From: Squalus acanthias
Lineage: Eukaryota
Direction of reading: 5' to 3'
Assembly (NCBI GenBank): GCA_030390025.1
Contig: JASTWF010000344.1
Location: forward strand, 1 to 64,000
Length of the DNA stretch: 64,000 nucleotides
The notes under the pieces are model-generated. The model was not told the DNA's origin and did not search any database. It saw only the letters and a list, made by a program, of their open reading frames with translations. A program made the translations under genes and the position numbers. The first letter of the stretch is position 1, and each line of letters begins with the position of its first letter. Below, piece by piece: positions 11,083-22,345 of this stretch.

Positions 11083-14000
11083 GGGACAGTGTAGAGGGAG
11101 CTTTACTCTGTATCTAACCCGTGCTGTACCTGCCCTGGGAGTGTTTGATGGGACAGTGTAGCGGGAGCTTTACTCTGTATCTAACCAGTGCTGTACCTGC
11201 CCTGGGAGTGTTTGATGATGGGACAGTGTAGAGGGAGCTTTACTCTGTATCTAACCCATGCTGTACCTGCCCTGGGAGTGTTTGATGGGACAGTGTAGAG
11301 GGATCTTTACTCTGTATCTAACCCATGCTGTACCTGTCCTGGGAGTGTTTGATGGGAAAGTGTAGAGGGAGCTTTACTCTGTATCTAACCCGTACTGTAC
11401 CTGCCCTGGGAGTGTTTGATGGGACAGTTTAGAGGGAGCTTTACTCTGTATCTAGCCCGTGCTGTACCTGCCCTGGGAGTGTTTGATGGGACAGTGGAGA
11501 GGGAGCTTTACTCTGTATCTAACCCGTGCTGTACCTGCCCTGGGAGTGTTTGATGGGACAGTGTAGAGGGAGCTTTACTCTGTATCTAACCCGTGCTGTA
11601 CCTGCCCTGGGAGTGTTTGATGGGACAGTGTAGAGGAAGCTTTACTCTGTATCTAACCCGTGCTATACCTGCCCTGGGAGTGTTTGACGGGACAGTGTGG
11701 AGGGAGCTTTACTTTGTATCTAACCCGTGCTGTACCTGCCCTGGGAGTGTTTGATGGGGCAGTGCAGAGGGAGCTTTACTCTGTATCTAACCCGTGCTGT
11801 ACCTGCCCTGGGAGTGTTTGATGGGACAGTGTAGAGGGAGCTTTATTCTATCTAACCCCGTGCTGTACCTGCCCTGGGAGTGTTTGATGGGGCGGTGTAG
11901 AGGGAGCTTTACTCTGTATCTAACCCCATGCTGTACCTGCCCTGGAAGTGTTTGATGGGGCAGTGTAGAGGGAGCTTTATTCTATCTAACCCCATGCTGT
12001 ACCTGTCCTGGGAGTGTTTAATGGGACAGTGTAGAGGGAGCTTTACTCTGTATCTAACCCGTGCCGTACCTGCCCTGGGAGTGTTTGACGGGACAGTGTA
12101 GAGGGAGCTTTACTCTGTATCTAACCCGTGCTGTACCTGCCCTGGGAGTGTTTGATGGGACAGTGGAGAGGGTGCTTTACTCTGTATCTAACCCGTGCTG
12201 TACCTGTCCTGGGAGTGTTTGATGGGACAGTGTAGAGGGAGCTGCTAATGTAACACCCTTATTTAAAAAGGGTAGTAGGCAGAAGGCTGGAAATTATAGA
12301 CCAGTTAGCCTAACATCTGTGGTGGGTAAAATTTTGGAGTCTATTATTAAGGAGACAGTAACGGAACATTTAGATAAACATAATTTAATAGGACAAAGTC
12401 AGCATGGCTTTATGAAGGGGAAGTCATGTCTGACAAATTTGCTTGAGTTCTTTGAGGACATAACGTACAGGGTGGATAAAGGGGAACCAGTGGACGTAGT
12501 GTATTTAGACTTCCAGAAGGCATTCGACAAGGTGCCACATAAAAGATTATTGTTCAAGATAAAAAATCACTGGATTGGGGGTAATATTCTGGCATGGGTG
12601 GAGGATTGGTTATCTAACAGGAAGCAGAGAGTTGGGATAAATGGTTCATTCTCGGACTGGCAACCAGTAGCCAGTGGTGTTCCGCAGGGGTCGGTGCTGG
12701 GTCCCCAACTTTTTACAATCTATATTAACGATTTGGAGGAGGGGACCGAGTGTAACATATCAAAGTTTGCAGATGATACAAAGATGGGAGGGAAAGTAGA
12801 AAGTGAGGAGGACATAAAAAACCTACAAGGGGATATAGACAGGCTGGGTGAGTGGGCGGAGATTTGGCAGATGCAATACAATATTGGAAAATGTGAGGTT
12901 ATGCACTTTGGCAGGAAAAATCAGAGAGCAAGTTATTATCTTAATGGCGAGAAACTGGAAAGTACTGCAGTACAAAGGGATCTGGGGGTCCTAGTGCAAG
13001 AAAATCAAAAAGTTAGTATGCAGGTGCAGCAGGTGATCAAGAAGGCCAACAGAATGTTGGCTTTTATTGCTAGGGGAATAGATTATAAAAACAGGGAGGT
13101 ATTGCTGCAGTTATATAAGGTATTGGTGAGACCGCACCTGGAATACTGCATACAGTTTTGGTGTCCATACTTAAGAAAAGACATACTTGCTCTCGAGGCA
13201 GTACAAAGAAGGTTCACTCGGTTAATCCCGGGGATGAGGGGGTGGACATATGAGGAGAGGTTGAGTAGATTGGGACTCTACTCATTGGAGTTCAGAAGAA
13301 TGAGAGGCGATCTTATTGAAACATATAAGATTGTGAAGGGGCTTGATCGGGTGGATATGGTAAGGATGTTCCCAAGGATGGGTGAAACTAGAACTAGGGG
13401 GCATAATCTTAGAATAAGGGGCTGTTCTTTCAAAACTGAGATGAGGAGAAACTTCTTCACTCAGAGGGTAGTAGGTCTGTGGAATTTGCTGCCCCAGGAA
13501 GCTGTGGAAGCTACATCATTAAATAAATTTAAAACAGAAATAGACAGTTTCCGAGAAGTAAAGGGAATTAGGGGTTACGGGGAGCGGGCAGGAAATTGGA
13601 CATGAGGCTGAGTTCGGATCGGTCAAGGCCCTGTGGGTGGCAGAGCGGGCCCAGGGGCTGAGTGGCCGGGTCCTGCTCCTACTTCTTGTGTTCTTTAGAT
13701 TTGAGGTTAGAATCAGATCAGCCATGATCTTATTGAGTGGCGGAGCAGGCTCGAGGGGCCGATTGGCCTACTCCTGCTCCTATTTCTTATGTTCTTATGA
13801 GCTTTACTCTGTATCTAACCCGTGCTGTACCTGCCCTGGGAGTGTTTGATGGGACAGTGTAGAAGGAGCTTTACTCTGTATCTAACCCGTGCTGTACCTG
13901 TCCTGGGAGTGTTTGATGGGACAGTGTAGAGGGAGCTTTACTCTGTATCTAACCCGTGCTGTACCTGCCCCGGGAGTGTTTGATGGGACAGAGTAGAGGG

Positions 14001-14292
14001 AGCTTTACTCTGTATCTAACCCGTGCTGTACCTGCCCTGGGAGTGTTTGATGGGACAGTGTAGAGGGAGCTTTACTCTGTATCTAACCCGTGCCATACCT
14101 GCCCTGGGAGTGTTTGATGGGACAGTGTAGAGGGAGCTTTACTCTGTATCTAACCCGTGCTGTACCTGCCCTGGGAGTGTTTGATGGGACAGTGTAGAGG
14201 GAGCTTTACTCTGTATCTACCCCGTGCTGTACCTGCCCTGGGAGTGTTTGATGGGACAGTGTAGTGGGAGCTTTACTCTGTATCTAACCCGT
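11083..14292 (+). repeat. 67-bp minisatellite, interrupted by a CR1
   Basis: Unit gggacagtgtagagggagctttactctgtatctaacccgtgctgtacctgccctgggagtgtttgat. Confidence 0.95.
12244..13798 (+). mobile_element. 5'-truncated young CR1 LINE with an uninterrupted RT frame and a doubled 3' tail
   Basis: Open frame from ANVTPLFKKG to the stop at 13605 (QGSVLGP, FADD, RPHLEY). Short TSD gagct (12239-12243 / 13799-13803). Confidence 0.95.
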
Positions 14293-14559
14293 GTTGTGGG
14301 GCTCAGTTCCACACTGGGCGGGTCATTCAGCAGTGAGCGTAAACTGAAGCAGTTTTATGTTTAAATATATTAGAGTAAGTCCACACTCAAGTAAATTTTG
14401 CAGCTTAGCAGATTGGACAGATTGATAATGAGAGTTTCTGATTGTCTGATCCCTGTTTTGGAATCTGCAGGCAGTTTGAGGATTGGGCTGTGGGGCGTTA
14501 GCTGGGCTCAGCTGCTGATTTTCCACATGAGTGAATTTTTGTCCCTAAATCATCGGATT

Positions 14560-15250
14560 ACATAGAATTACACAGGATATACGGCACAGAAACAGGCCAT
14601 TTGGCCCAACCAGTCCATGCCGGCGTTTATGCTCCACTCGAGCCTCCTCCCATCTTTCCTCATCTAACTCTATCAGCATCACCCTCTATTCCCTTCTCCC
14701 TCATATGCTTGTCTAGCCTCCTCTTAAATGCATCTATACTATTCGCCTCAACCACTCCCTGTGGTAGCGAGTTCCACATTCTCACCACTCTCTGGGTAAA
14801 GAAGTTTCTTCTGAATTCCCTATTGGATTTCTTGGTGACTATCTTATATTGATGTTCTCTAGTTTAGCTCTTTCCCACAAGTGGAAACATTCTCTGTGTT
14901 TATTCTATCAAAACCTTTCATAATTTTAAAGACCTCTATTAGGTCACCCCAAAGCCTTCTTTTTTCAAGAGAAAAGAGACCCAGCCTGTTCATCCTTTCC
15001 TGATATGTTTACCCTCGCATTTCTGGTATCATCCTTGTAAATCTTCTCTGCACCCTCTCCAGTGCCTCTATATCCTTTTTATAATATGGCGACTAGAACT
15101 GTACGCAGTACTCCAAGTGTGGTCTAACCAAGATTCAGTACAGGTTCATAACTTCCCTACTTTTCAATTCTATCCCTCTAGAAATAAACCCTAGTGCTTG
15201 GTTTGCTTTTTTTATGGCCTTGTTAACCTGTGTCACTACTTTTAGTGATT
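14560..15250 (-). mobile_element. CR1 3' fragment
   Basis: Reverse complement encodes degenerate LVRPHLEYCVQF..RNFFTQRVV and a 3' tail. Confidence 0.85.
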
Positions 15251-15511
15251 TGTGTATAACATTTTCCTTTCTTTCTGATTGCCTTGGTTTATTGAAGAAA
15301 CTTTAGAGAACTCGGGTTCTGTCTTTCCGTCAGATTCATGCTGAGAAATGGCAGAAAGGGTTTTTGTAATTTTTTTGTTGTAAAAGCAAGAGGCGGAGAT
15401 TGAAGCTGCAAATTCCTTCAGCCACGAGTCAGGGTTTGTGAGGGCTGGACACAGGCAGTAACCAGTCAGCACAGGCTGCTCTGACTGACAGCCAGGCTGG
15501 GCTGGGCCGGG

Positions 15512-15561
15512 TATAAACTGCAGCAACTCTGGCAGCTGCAGCACAACTGGAACAAAAGCAG
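15512..15561 (+). promoter_or_regulatory. TATA box and predicted short non-coding exon 1 of the S100 gene
   Basis: TATAAA at 15512-15517; donor CAG|gtgaga at 15562. Matches the standard S100 layout of an untranslated exon 1 plus two EF-hand exons. Confidence 0.65.
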
Positions 15562-15586
15562 GTGAGAACTGGGCTGGCAGTGGAAG

Positions 15587-16012
15587 TAACTAGAGACTGG
15601 CTATCTAATGGGGGGGGGTTAACTAGAGACTGGTTATCTAATGGGGGTTAACTAGAGACTGGTTATCTAATGGGGGTTAACTAGAGACTGGTTATCTAAT
15701 GGGGGTTAACTAGAGACTGGTTATCTAATGGGGGTTAACTAGAGACTGGTTATCTAATGGGGGTTAACTAGAGACTGGTTATCTAATGGGGGTTAACTAG
15801 AGACTGGTTATCTAATGGGGGTTAACTAGAGACTGGTTATCTAATGGGGGGGTTAACTAGAGACTGGTTATCTAATGGGGGGGGTTAACTGGAGACTGGT
15901 TATCTAATGGGGGGGTTAACTAGAGACTGGTTATCTAATGGGGGTTAACTAGAGACTGGTTATCTAATGGGGGGTTAACTAGAGACTGGTTATCTAATAG
16001 GGGTTAACTAGA
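15587..16012 (+). repeat. ~30-bp minisatellite (~14 copies) in S100 intron 1
   Basis: Unit gttaactagagactggttatctaatggggg with a variable G run. Confidence 0.95.
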
Positions 16013-16401
16013 CATTACTAATTTAACGGTTAACTAGAGATCAGTTATCTACTGGAGAGTTAACTAGCGATCTGGGAGGTAACTTTTATAAACTTTCTTT
16101 GTTCCTTTTCCGTCTCTTCGGCTCCAAACTTGGGACTGGTTTGACGGGAATATTATGGGATGTGCCGGGGTCTCCGCAGTTAGAGGAAAGTTTTAAGAGT
16201 TTTGAAACTTAGTTTCACAGTTTGATGAAGTGTATTTCCCCGGACTGGAAACTGGCCGAATCTTTAACCGGGAGAGAAACTGAGCAAATCCCTTAACGGG
16301 GGTGAGGGAGGGGGGCGTCAATGGGGGAGTTTACAGCCTCCGATTCTCTCCCTGACTCGGAGTTTTCTCTTTGATTCTCAGACTCTACTCCCTCCTTCAG
16401 C

Positions 16402-16542
16402 ATGGCGACTCCTTCCAGAACCGAGGTGGCCATGCAGAACCTGATGGATGTTTTTTACCAATACGCCAAGGGAGACAAGTACACCCTGACCAAGAGCCAG
16501 ATGAAATCCCTGGTGGAGACAGAACTCAACCAGCTCACAAAG
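16402..16542 (+). CDS. S100 calcium-binding protein (S100A10/A11-like), coding exon 1
   Basis: ccttcag|cATG ... ACAAAG|gtaatg, 47 codons: MATPSRTEVAMQNLMDVFYQYAKGDKYTLTKSQMKSLVETELNQLTK. Phase-0 intron in the hinge, as in S100 genes. Confidence 0.92.
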
Positions 16543-16944
16543 GTAATGGACTGGGTGTGGCTCATCGAGACGGGCATCAAAACTGGCCACTGCGCCCCCA
16601 CCCCCTTGCCCCATCACTCGCCCCTTGCCCACTCTACCCCCTCACACACACACCCTCACTAAATTACTGTGTGAAGGAGCTGGATGAACATCAGGAGAGA
16701 CAGTCAGTGACCTGGTGATTCAGAGAGCTGTGTCGGGCCAGGCAAGAACCTCCCCAATGATGTCATCATTTTTCATACATAACTCACAGAAGGCGAGGCG
16801 GTGAGAACAGTGAGCGGATCTTCAACATGTTCCTGCCCCTCAGGCTCCAACTTTAAACTCCTGGTTTGAAATACTTGGTTCCTCTCCTTGTCTGCACCTT
16901 GTGCACCTTACAACTGGACCAGTGAATGGTTCCCTGCCCGCCCA

Positions 16945-17160
16945 TGCCCCTGATCACTGTCCAGTGATCCCTGGGTTAGAGAGAGAGGAAATCAGCCAGG
17001 GTTCCTGCTCCTGATCACTGTCCAGTGACCCTGCTGGAAAGCTGTGTGTGATGGGACATTGAGTGAGCACAGTATCAGACTCATCTGCGATGCCTCCCAT
17101 GGCCACTCTCTGCCTCGGTTTGCATGGGGAGCAGGACCATTTGGGCGAGGGTATCGGTGG
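16945..17160 (+). mobile_element. SINE fragment (AmnSINE2-like core)
   Basis: gaaatcagccagggttcctgctcctgatc..gaccctgctggaaag. Related copies at ~18815-19030, 30545-30700 and 62040-62930. Family name from recollection. Confidence 0.55.
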
Positions 17161-17655
17161 CATTCTGCGCCTGTGGGACCAACAACCCGGACACAGTCAG
17201 GCTGCCTGTCTGAAGCGCAGACATTCGGCAGTGTGAGGGTTAAAGTGAGGGTCTGAATGCTGCTGCACAGAAAGCATTTGATGAGCAGTCAGACCTGTGA
17301 TGAAGGAGATAACAGTGACTGGGAGTTGGGGAATGTTTGCAGAAGGGTGCGGTTTCTGTGCAGCGAGCCAAGACTGAACAATCAGGAATATTGAGTAGAG
17401 GAGCAGTCTGGCCAGACCAAAAATCCAACTGAGCAACAAGTCCACACACACACACACATTTTTATTCAAAAACAATAATACCTGTACAACTCATCAATTA
17501 CATAGTAAATCCATTACATTCATCCATCACAGTAAAAAATAAAGCCTTAAAAACAGCCTTATAGTTAATATAAATGCAATGATTAATTTTACAAATAATC
17601 AATCCCGCACACTCTCAATAGACCTCGGCTTCCGAGTTAGGGAACGGCGCAATTT

Positions 17656-18045
17656 AACCAGTGCTGTACCTGCCCTGGGAGTGTTTGATGGGACAGTGTA
17701 GTGGGAGCTTTACTCTGTATCTAACCCGTGCTGTACCTGCCCTGGGAGTGTTTGATGGGACAGTGTGGAGGGAGCTTTACTCTGTATCTAGCCTATGCTG
17801 TACCTGCCCTGGGAGTGTTTGATGGGACAGTGTGGAGGGAGCTTTACTCTGTATCTAACCCCGTGCTGTACCTGCCCTGGGAGTGTTTGATGGGACAGTG
17901 TGGAGGGAGCTTTACTCTGTATCTAACACGTACTGTACCTGCCCTGGGAGTGTTTGATGGGACAGTGTAGTGGGAGCTTTACTCTGTATCTAACCCCGTG
18001 CTGTACCTGTCCTGGGAGTGTTTGATGGGACAGTGTAGAGGGAGC
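17656..18045 (+). repeat. Second array of the 67-bp minisatellite (~6 copies) in S100 intron 2
   Basis: Same unit as 11083-14292. Confidence 0.95.
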
Positions 18046-18100
18046 AGAGCTCGGTAATGGAGACACTTTCTATTTTCACACCTTTTCCATCTCTCGACAG

Positions 18101-18289
18101 AATACGACGAATGTTGAAGTCTTCGACACGATGATGAGGGACCTGGATTTTGATGGTGACGGAGAAGTGAATTTCGAGGAGTTTGTGTCGTTTATCGCCG
18201 GTCTCATGTATTCCTGTAACGCAATTTACGTTCAGCGGCGGCAGCAACAGGCGAAGGGTGGATCCGGAGCCGTCCCGGCCAAGAAATGA
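18101..18289 (+). CDS. S100 calcium-binding protein, coding exon 2 (protein total 109 aa)
   Basis: Polypyrimidine tract + gacag|AAT. Encodes NTTNVEVFDTMMRDLDFDGDGEVNFEEFVSFIAGLMYSCNAIYVQRRQQQAKGGSGAVPAKK*, with a canonical EF-hand loop DFDGDGEVNFEE. Confidence 0.95.
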   Translation, partial: NTTNVEVFDTMMRDLDFDGDGEVNFEEFVSFIAGLMYSCNAIYVQRRQQQAKGGSGAVPAKK

Positions 18290-18373
18290 TCTGCGAGCAG
18301 GCTACTCATCATGTGACTATAGAGCCATCAGTTTACAAACCCATGCAGCAACCTTGCTTATTTCCTATTTTTA

Positions 18374-18394
18374 AATAAAAATTACTGAAATAAA
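18374..18394 (+). terminator. Two polyadenylation signals of the S100 gene
   Basis: AATAAA at 18374-18379 and 18389-18394, about 85-100 nt after the stop. Confidence 0.75.
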
Positions 18395-18439
18395 ATGGGT
18401 CAAACAACCAACAGCAGGGTTTCCGTCTCTTTAAAAGCT

Positions 18440-18668
18440 CGGCCTGTTGGTGGGGGTCTGGAACTCACTGCCTGAAAGGGTGGGAGAGACAGAAACCCTC
18501 ATCACATTTAAAAAGTACTTGGGATATGCACTTGAAGTGTTGTAACCTGCAGGGCTCCGGACCAAGAGCTGGAAAGTGGGATTAGGCTGGAGAGCTCTTT
18601 GTCGGCCGGCACAGACACGAGGGGCCGAATAGTCTCCCTCTGTACTGTAAATGTCTCTGACTCTATGT
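18440..18668 (+). mobile_element. CR1 3' end fragment
   Basis: Similar to the reverse complement of 31650-31870. Confidence 0.8.
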
Positions 18669-20107
18669 TGCGGAATCTTTACACCTGAAACATGAGATTA
18701 GCAACATTCTTGTGTCCCGAACCCCCTCTAGCGGGGCGACTGGACTCGGTGGAAGGGAGGAGAATGCTGAGCCTGGCTGGGGGCGTTGGCTGTCCTTGAC
18801 ATGTTTCAGTCGGTGGGTTTCCAGGGTGGTCTGTGCTGAGCCCACAGGTCAGTGCTGCAACCGGGGCGTGTCCCCGGGTTAGGGAGTGGGAAATGCAGCT
18901 CAGGAATCTGCCGCTGATCAAGCGAGTCTGCTGGGAAGTGAGGCGGGGGAGGGCACGATCAGCTGCGATACCTTCCACAGTGGAATAGTCTTGTGCCACA
19001 CACTGTCTAGGGCCCTTGGGTGAGGGATCAGAAGGTGACTGACACCCTGGGAGTTGTACATCTAAAAATGGCCTGGGGCCCCAGCAACAAGTTCTCCTGG
19101 AGTAACAAACCCAGAGTCCTGCTCGAGTCCAGCTCCATCACAGGCTGATCGGATCGGATACAGCGGTGTTGGTCACCGTACTTTCTGTTTCAAGGTGTGC
19201 CTGTTCTGCCCAGTATCTTAATTGCACGACACTTGTCACCCGGGGGTCAATGATCGGATCCCCTCTCCCAGGGTGATCTGAGCCGGGTATCGTGTCTGCT
19301 CCTTCAAGCTGAGCAATCGCTTGGTGAGATTGGGCCAGATGTGAATCAATACTGTGTTGAGTGAACAAGCGGGTAAAGACAGTGCCCTTGTGGCTCAGGT
19401 ACCGGAGCAGCAGCACCGAGCTCGCCAGTTCTAATCCACACATGCAGTAAATCTGGTCATTCCTGGCTGGCTGGGCACTGGAACCTGTCACCTGACTTGG
19501 GTTGGTCTACATGTGATTCCAGCCCCTCACTGATTGATTGACTCACCCCCTCCCAGGGTGAGAAGGGATGGGCAGTAAACACTAAATCAGAGTATTGCTA
19601 ACATCTCAAGAAAGCATTTCATTAAAAAGAGCAGCCCTGAAACACGACATTAATATTTGATGAGCTGCCCTCGTGGTCTGGATTGTCTGCTCTCCCATTT
19701 GGTCAAAAGCCCCAGTGAGGAACGTTGTCCCAGGGAAGTGCTGCCCCCTCACAGGAAGTATTTCACTGTCACCCCGACAGTGTACTGGGCACTGCAGAGG
19801 AACACTGAATCAACAGGGCACTGAAATGGACACAGCCAGCCCACTAAGGGTTAAAGCCACTGCCAGTGACGGCATCGCTGGAAGGAGCCAAAGTTCAGCT
19901 GAGTGTTTACAGATCCAGCACAGGACTGGCAGCTTAGAAACAAAGACATAGAAAAATAGGAGCAGGAGTCGGCCATTCGAGCCTGCTCCGCCATTCGATA
20001 TGATCATGGCTGATCCTCTATCTCAGTACCATTGAGATATTGTCAAATCCATCTCTGGAAATCTTCCCGGGGGTTGCGGAACCTGTGCGTTGCTGATCGG
20101 AAAGTGA

Positions 20108-20873
20108 TTGGCCCAGAAATTAAACAGTGAGTGTTCGCGCGGGGGTAAGGCTTCCCCGCGATATCTCACTCCGCGTCTACCTTTTTCCTCCGGGCCCACA
20201 CGAACTTTAGTTTCAAGGCCAGTCCCACATGCAGCTGTGCAGTGCTTGCGTGACCCAGAGACGCAATTAGTTCGTGCGAGCTCTGGGATCACGTGATTCA
20301 GTTAGAGCCAATGGCAGCACACCATCTTTCATTCATAGTTTTCACAGCAAGAGCTGTCAAAGCTACGAATCCTACACACCCCCAAAAGAACAGCTAAACC
20401 TCAATTAAATTTTTTTAAAAAGCCATCACATTAATAAAATAAGTATAGTTAAATAAATTAACCACTTTAAACAAAAAATTAAATTTTTGAAAAAATTTAA
20501 AATCTTTTTAAAAGTTATAAAAATAAACTTACCTTTCTTTAAAGTCTCTAAAAAAGATAAACCTGTTGAAAATTTTTTAAAATACTTAATTAACTACTTA
20601 CCTTGTTAAAAGAGGGTCTTACGCCTCCTTTCTTCATGTGTAAAATCTTCCATGCTTACCTGCGCGTTCAAAGCTGCAAAAATAACTAAGTGCACTGCGT
20701 GCGCGCAGCCTGTAGCGCGCACGCGGTTCACTTAGGAACCGCCCCCTTTTGAATTCACGAAGTGCCGGTTTCCCGCGCATGCGCAGTGCATGCAGGAAAC
20801 CGGCAATTGGAGACCTAAAACGCGAGAGTACACAGTGCGTACTCTCGCGTATTAGGTCTAATTTTCGGGCCAA
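20108..20873. mobile_element. Non-autonomous TIR element (MITE-like)
   Basis: TIRs ttggcccagaaatta / taattttcgggccaa (13/15 match), GC-rich ends, AT-rich core, no ORF. Confidence 0.6.
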
Positions 20874-21463
20874 CATCTCTCTAGAAAATGAGCTGATTGT
20901 AAGGCAGAGGTTGCACAGGTGTGATTGTGGCCGAGCTCATAGACTCCGTCTGCTCTGCTGGCCGACCTAACATTCATCATTTGCATATTTTTGGTCAGCT
21001 TCTGCCCAAAGACAGCTGCCTGGGTGACCTGAAGGGTGAAGAGGTCTAACAGGTGAGGAGAAGCAGGGTAGCGCGTGGTCCAGCGCTGGTGAATTTGGGC
21101 CAGTTTTCAGTCATGATTCCATCCCTCTCCCTGGCCACTGTCTCGGGCTGAACCTGACTGTTCGCAACCTTGGCGCCCTATTTGACCCTGAGCTGACCTT
21201 CCGCCCCCATATCCTCTCCATCACTAAAACCGCCGACTTCCACCTCCAATAACATCGCCCGTCTCTGCTCCTGCCTCGGCCCATCTGCTGCTGAAAACCT
21301 CATCCTTGCTTTCATCACTTCTAGACTCAACCATTCCAATTCTCTCCAGGCCGGCCCTCCACCCTCCATAAACTTGAGCTCATCCAAAACTCTGCCTCCT
21401 AACTCACACCAACTCCCCCGTTCACCCATCACCCCTGTTGCTCGCTGAGCTACATTGGCTCCC

Positions 21464-22345
21464 GAAATAAAAACAGAAAATGCTGGAAATACTCAGCAGG
21501 TCAGGCAGCATCTGTGGAGAGAGAAACAGAGTTAACGTTTCAGGTTGATGACCCTTCGTCAGAACTGGAAAAAGTTGGAGATGGAACAGGTTTTTAAGCA
21601 GGGGCAGGGAAAGGGGGAGGGGAGGAAAGAACAAAAGGGAAGGTCTGTGATAGGATGGAAGGCAGGAGCGATTAAGAGACAAAAGAGAGATTAAGAGATG
21701 GTGCAAGACAAAAGGGGATGGTAATGGGACAAGTTAAGAAACAAAAGATGACTCTAGATGAAGTGTAAATGACGCTGGCAGAATGAAAGACAGCTGCCAT
21801 GTGGGAGAGAGAAAATAAATAAATAAATAAATAAAATGGGGGAACAAAGGATATGGGCAGAGGTTACGGTCTGAAATTGTTGAACTCGATGTTGAGTCCA
21901 GAAGGCTGTAAAGTGCCTAATTGAAAGATGAGCTGCTGTTCCTCGAGCTTACGTTGAGCTTCGTTGGAACAGTGTAAGAGGCCGAGGTAAGAGAGGTCTG
22001 AGTGGGAGTGGAGCGGAGAATTAAAGTGACAAGCGACCGGAAGCTCGGGGTCCCCCTTACGGACTGAACGGAGGTGTTCCGCAAAGTGGTCACCCAATCT
22101 GCGTTTGGTCTCCCCAATGTAGAGGAGACCGCATCGTGAGCAGCGAATACAGTATACTAAATTGCAAGAAGTACAAGTAAATCGCTGTTTCAACTGGAAG
22201 GAGTGTTTGGGGCCCTGGACAGTGGGAAGGGTGGAGGTAAAAGGGCAGGTGTTGCATCTCCTGCGCTTGCACGGGAAGGTGCCGGGGGAAGGGGAAGGGG
22301 TGTTGGAGGTGATAGAGGAGTGGACTAGGGTGTCGCGGAGGGAGC
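21464..22345 (-). mobile_element. Penelope-like retroelement 3' part (GIY-YIG endonuclease + terminal repeat)
   Basis: ORF ending at 21864 contains NLVYCIRCSRCGLLYIGETKRRLGDHFAEH..VACHF..GLNIE, the GIY-YIG domain typical of PLEs. Confidence 0.9.
21530..21566 (-). ncRNA. Minimal type I hammerhead ribozyme motif
   Basis: Minus strand: aguu-CUGACGA-agg(gucaucaa)ccu-GAAA-cg-UU-aacu. Confidence 0.75.

Noticed and set aside
11083..14292. Repeat array next to an RT as a CRISPR-, retron- or DGR-like system
   Set aside because: Units are head-to-tail with no unique spacers, the RT is a standard CR1 ORF2, and the context is a vertebrate genome.
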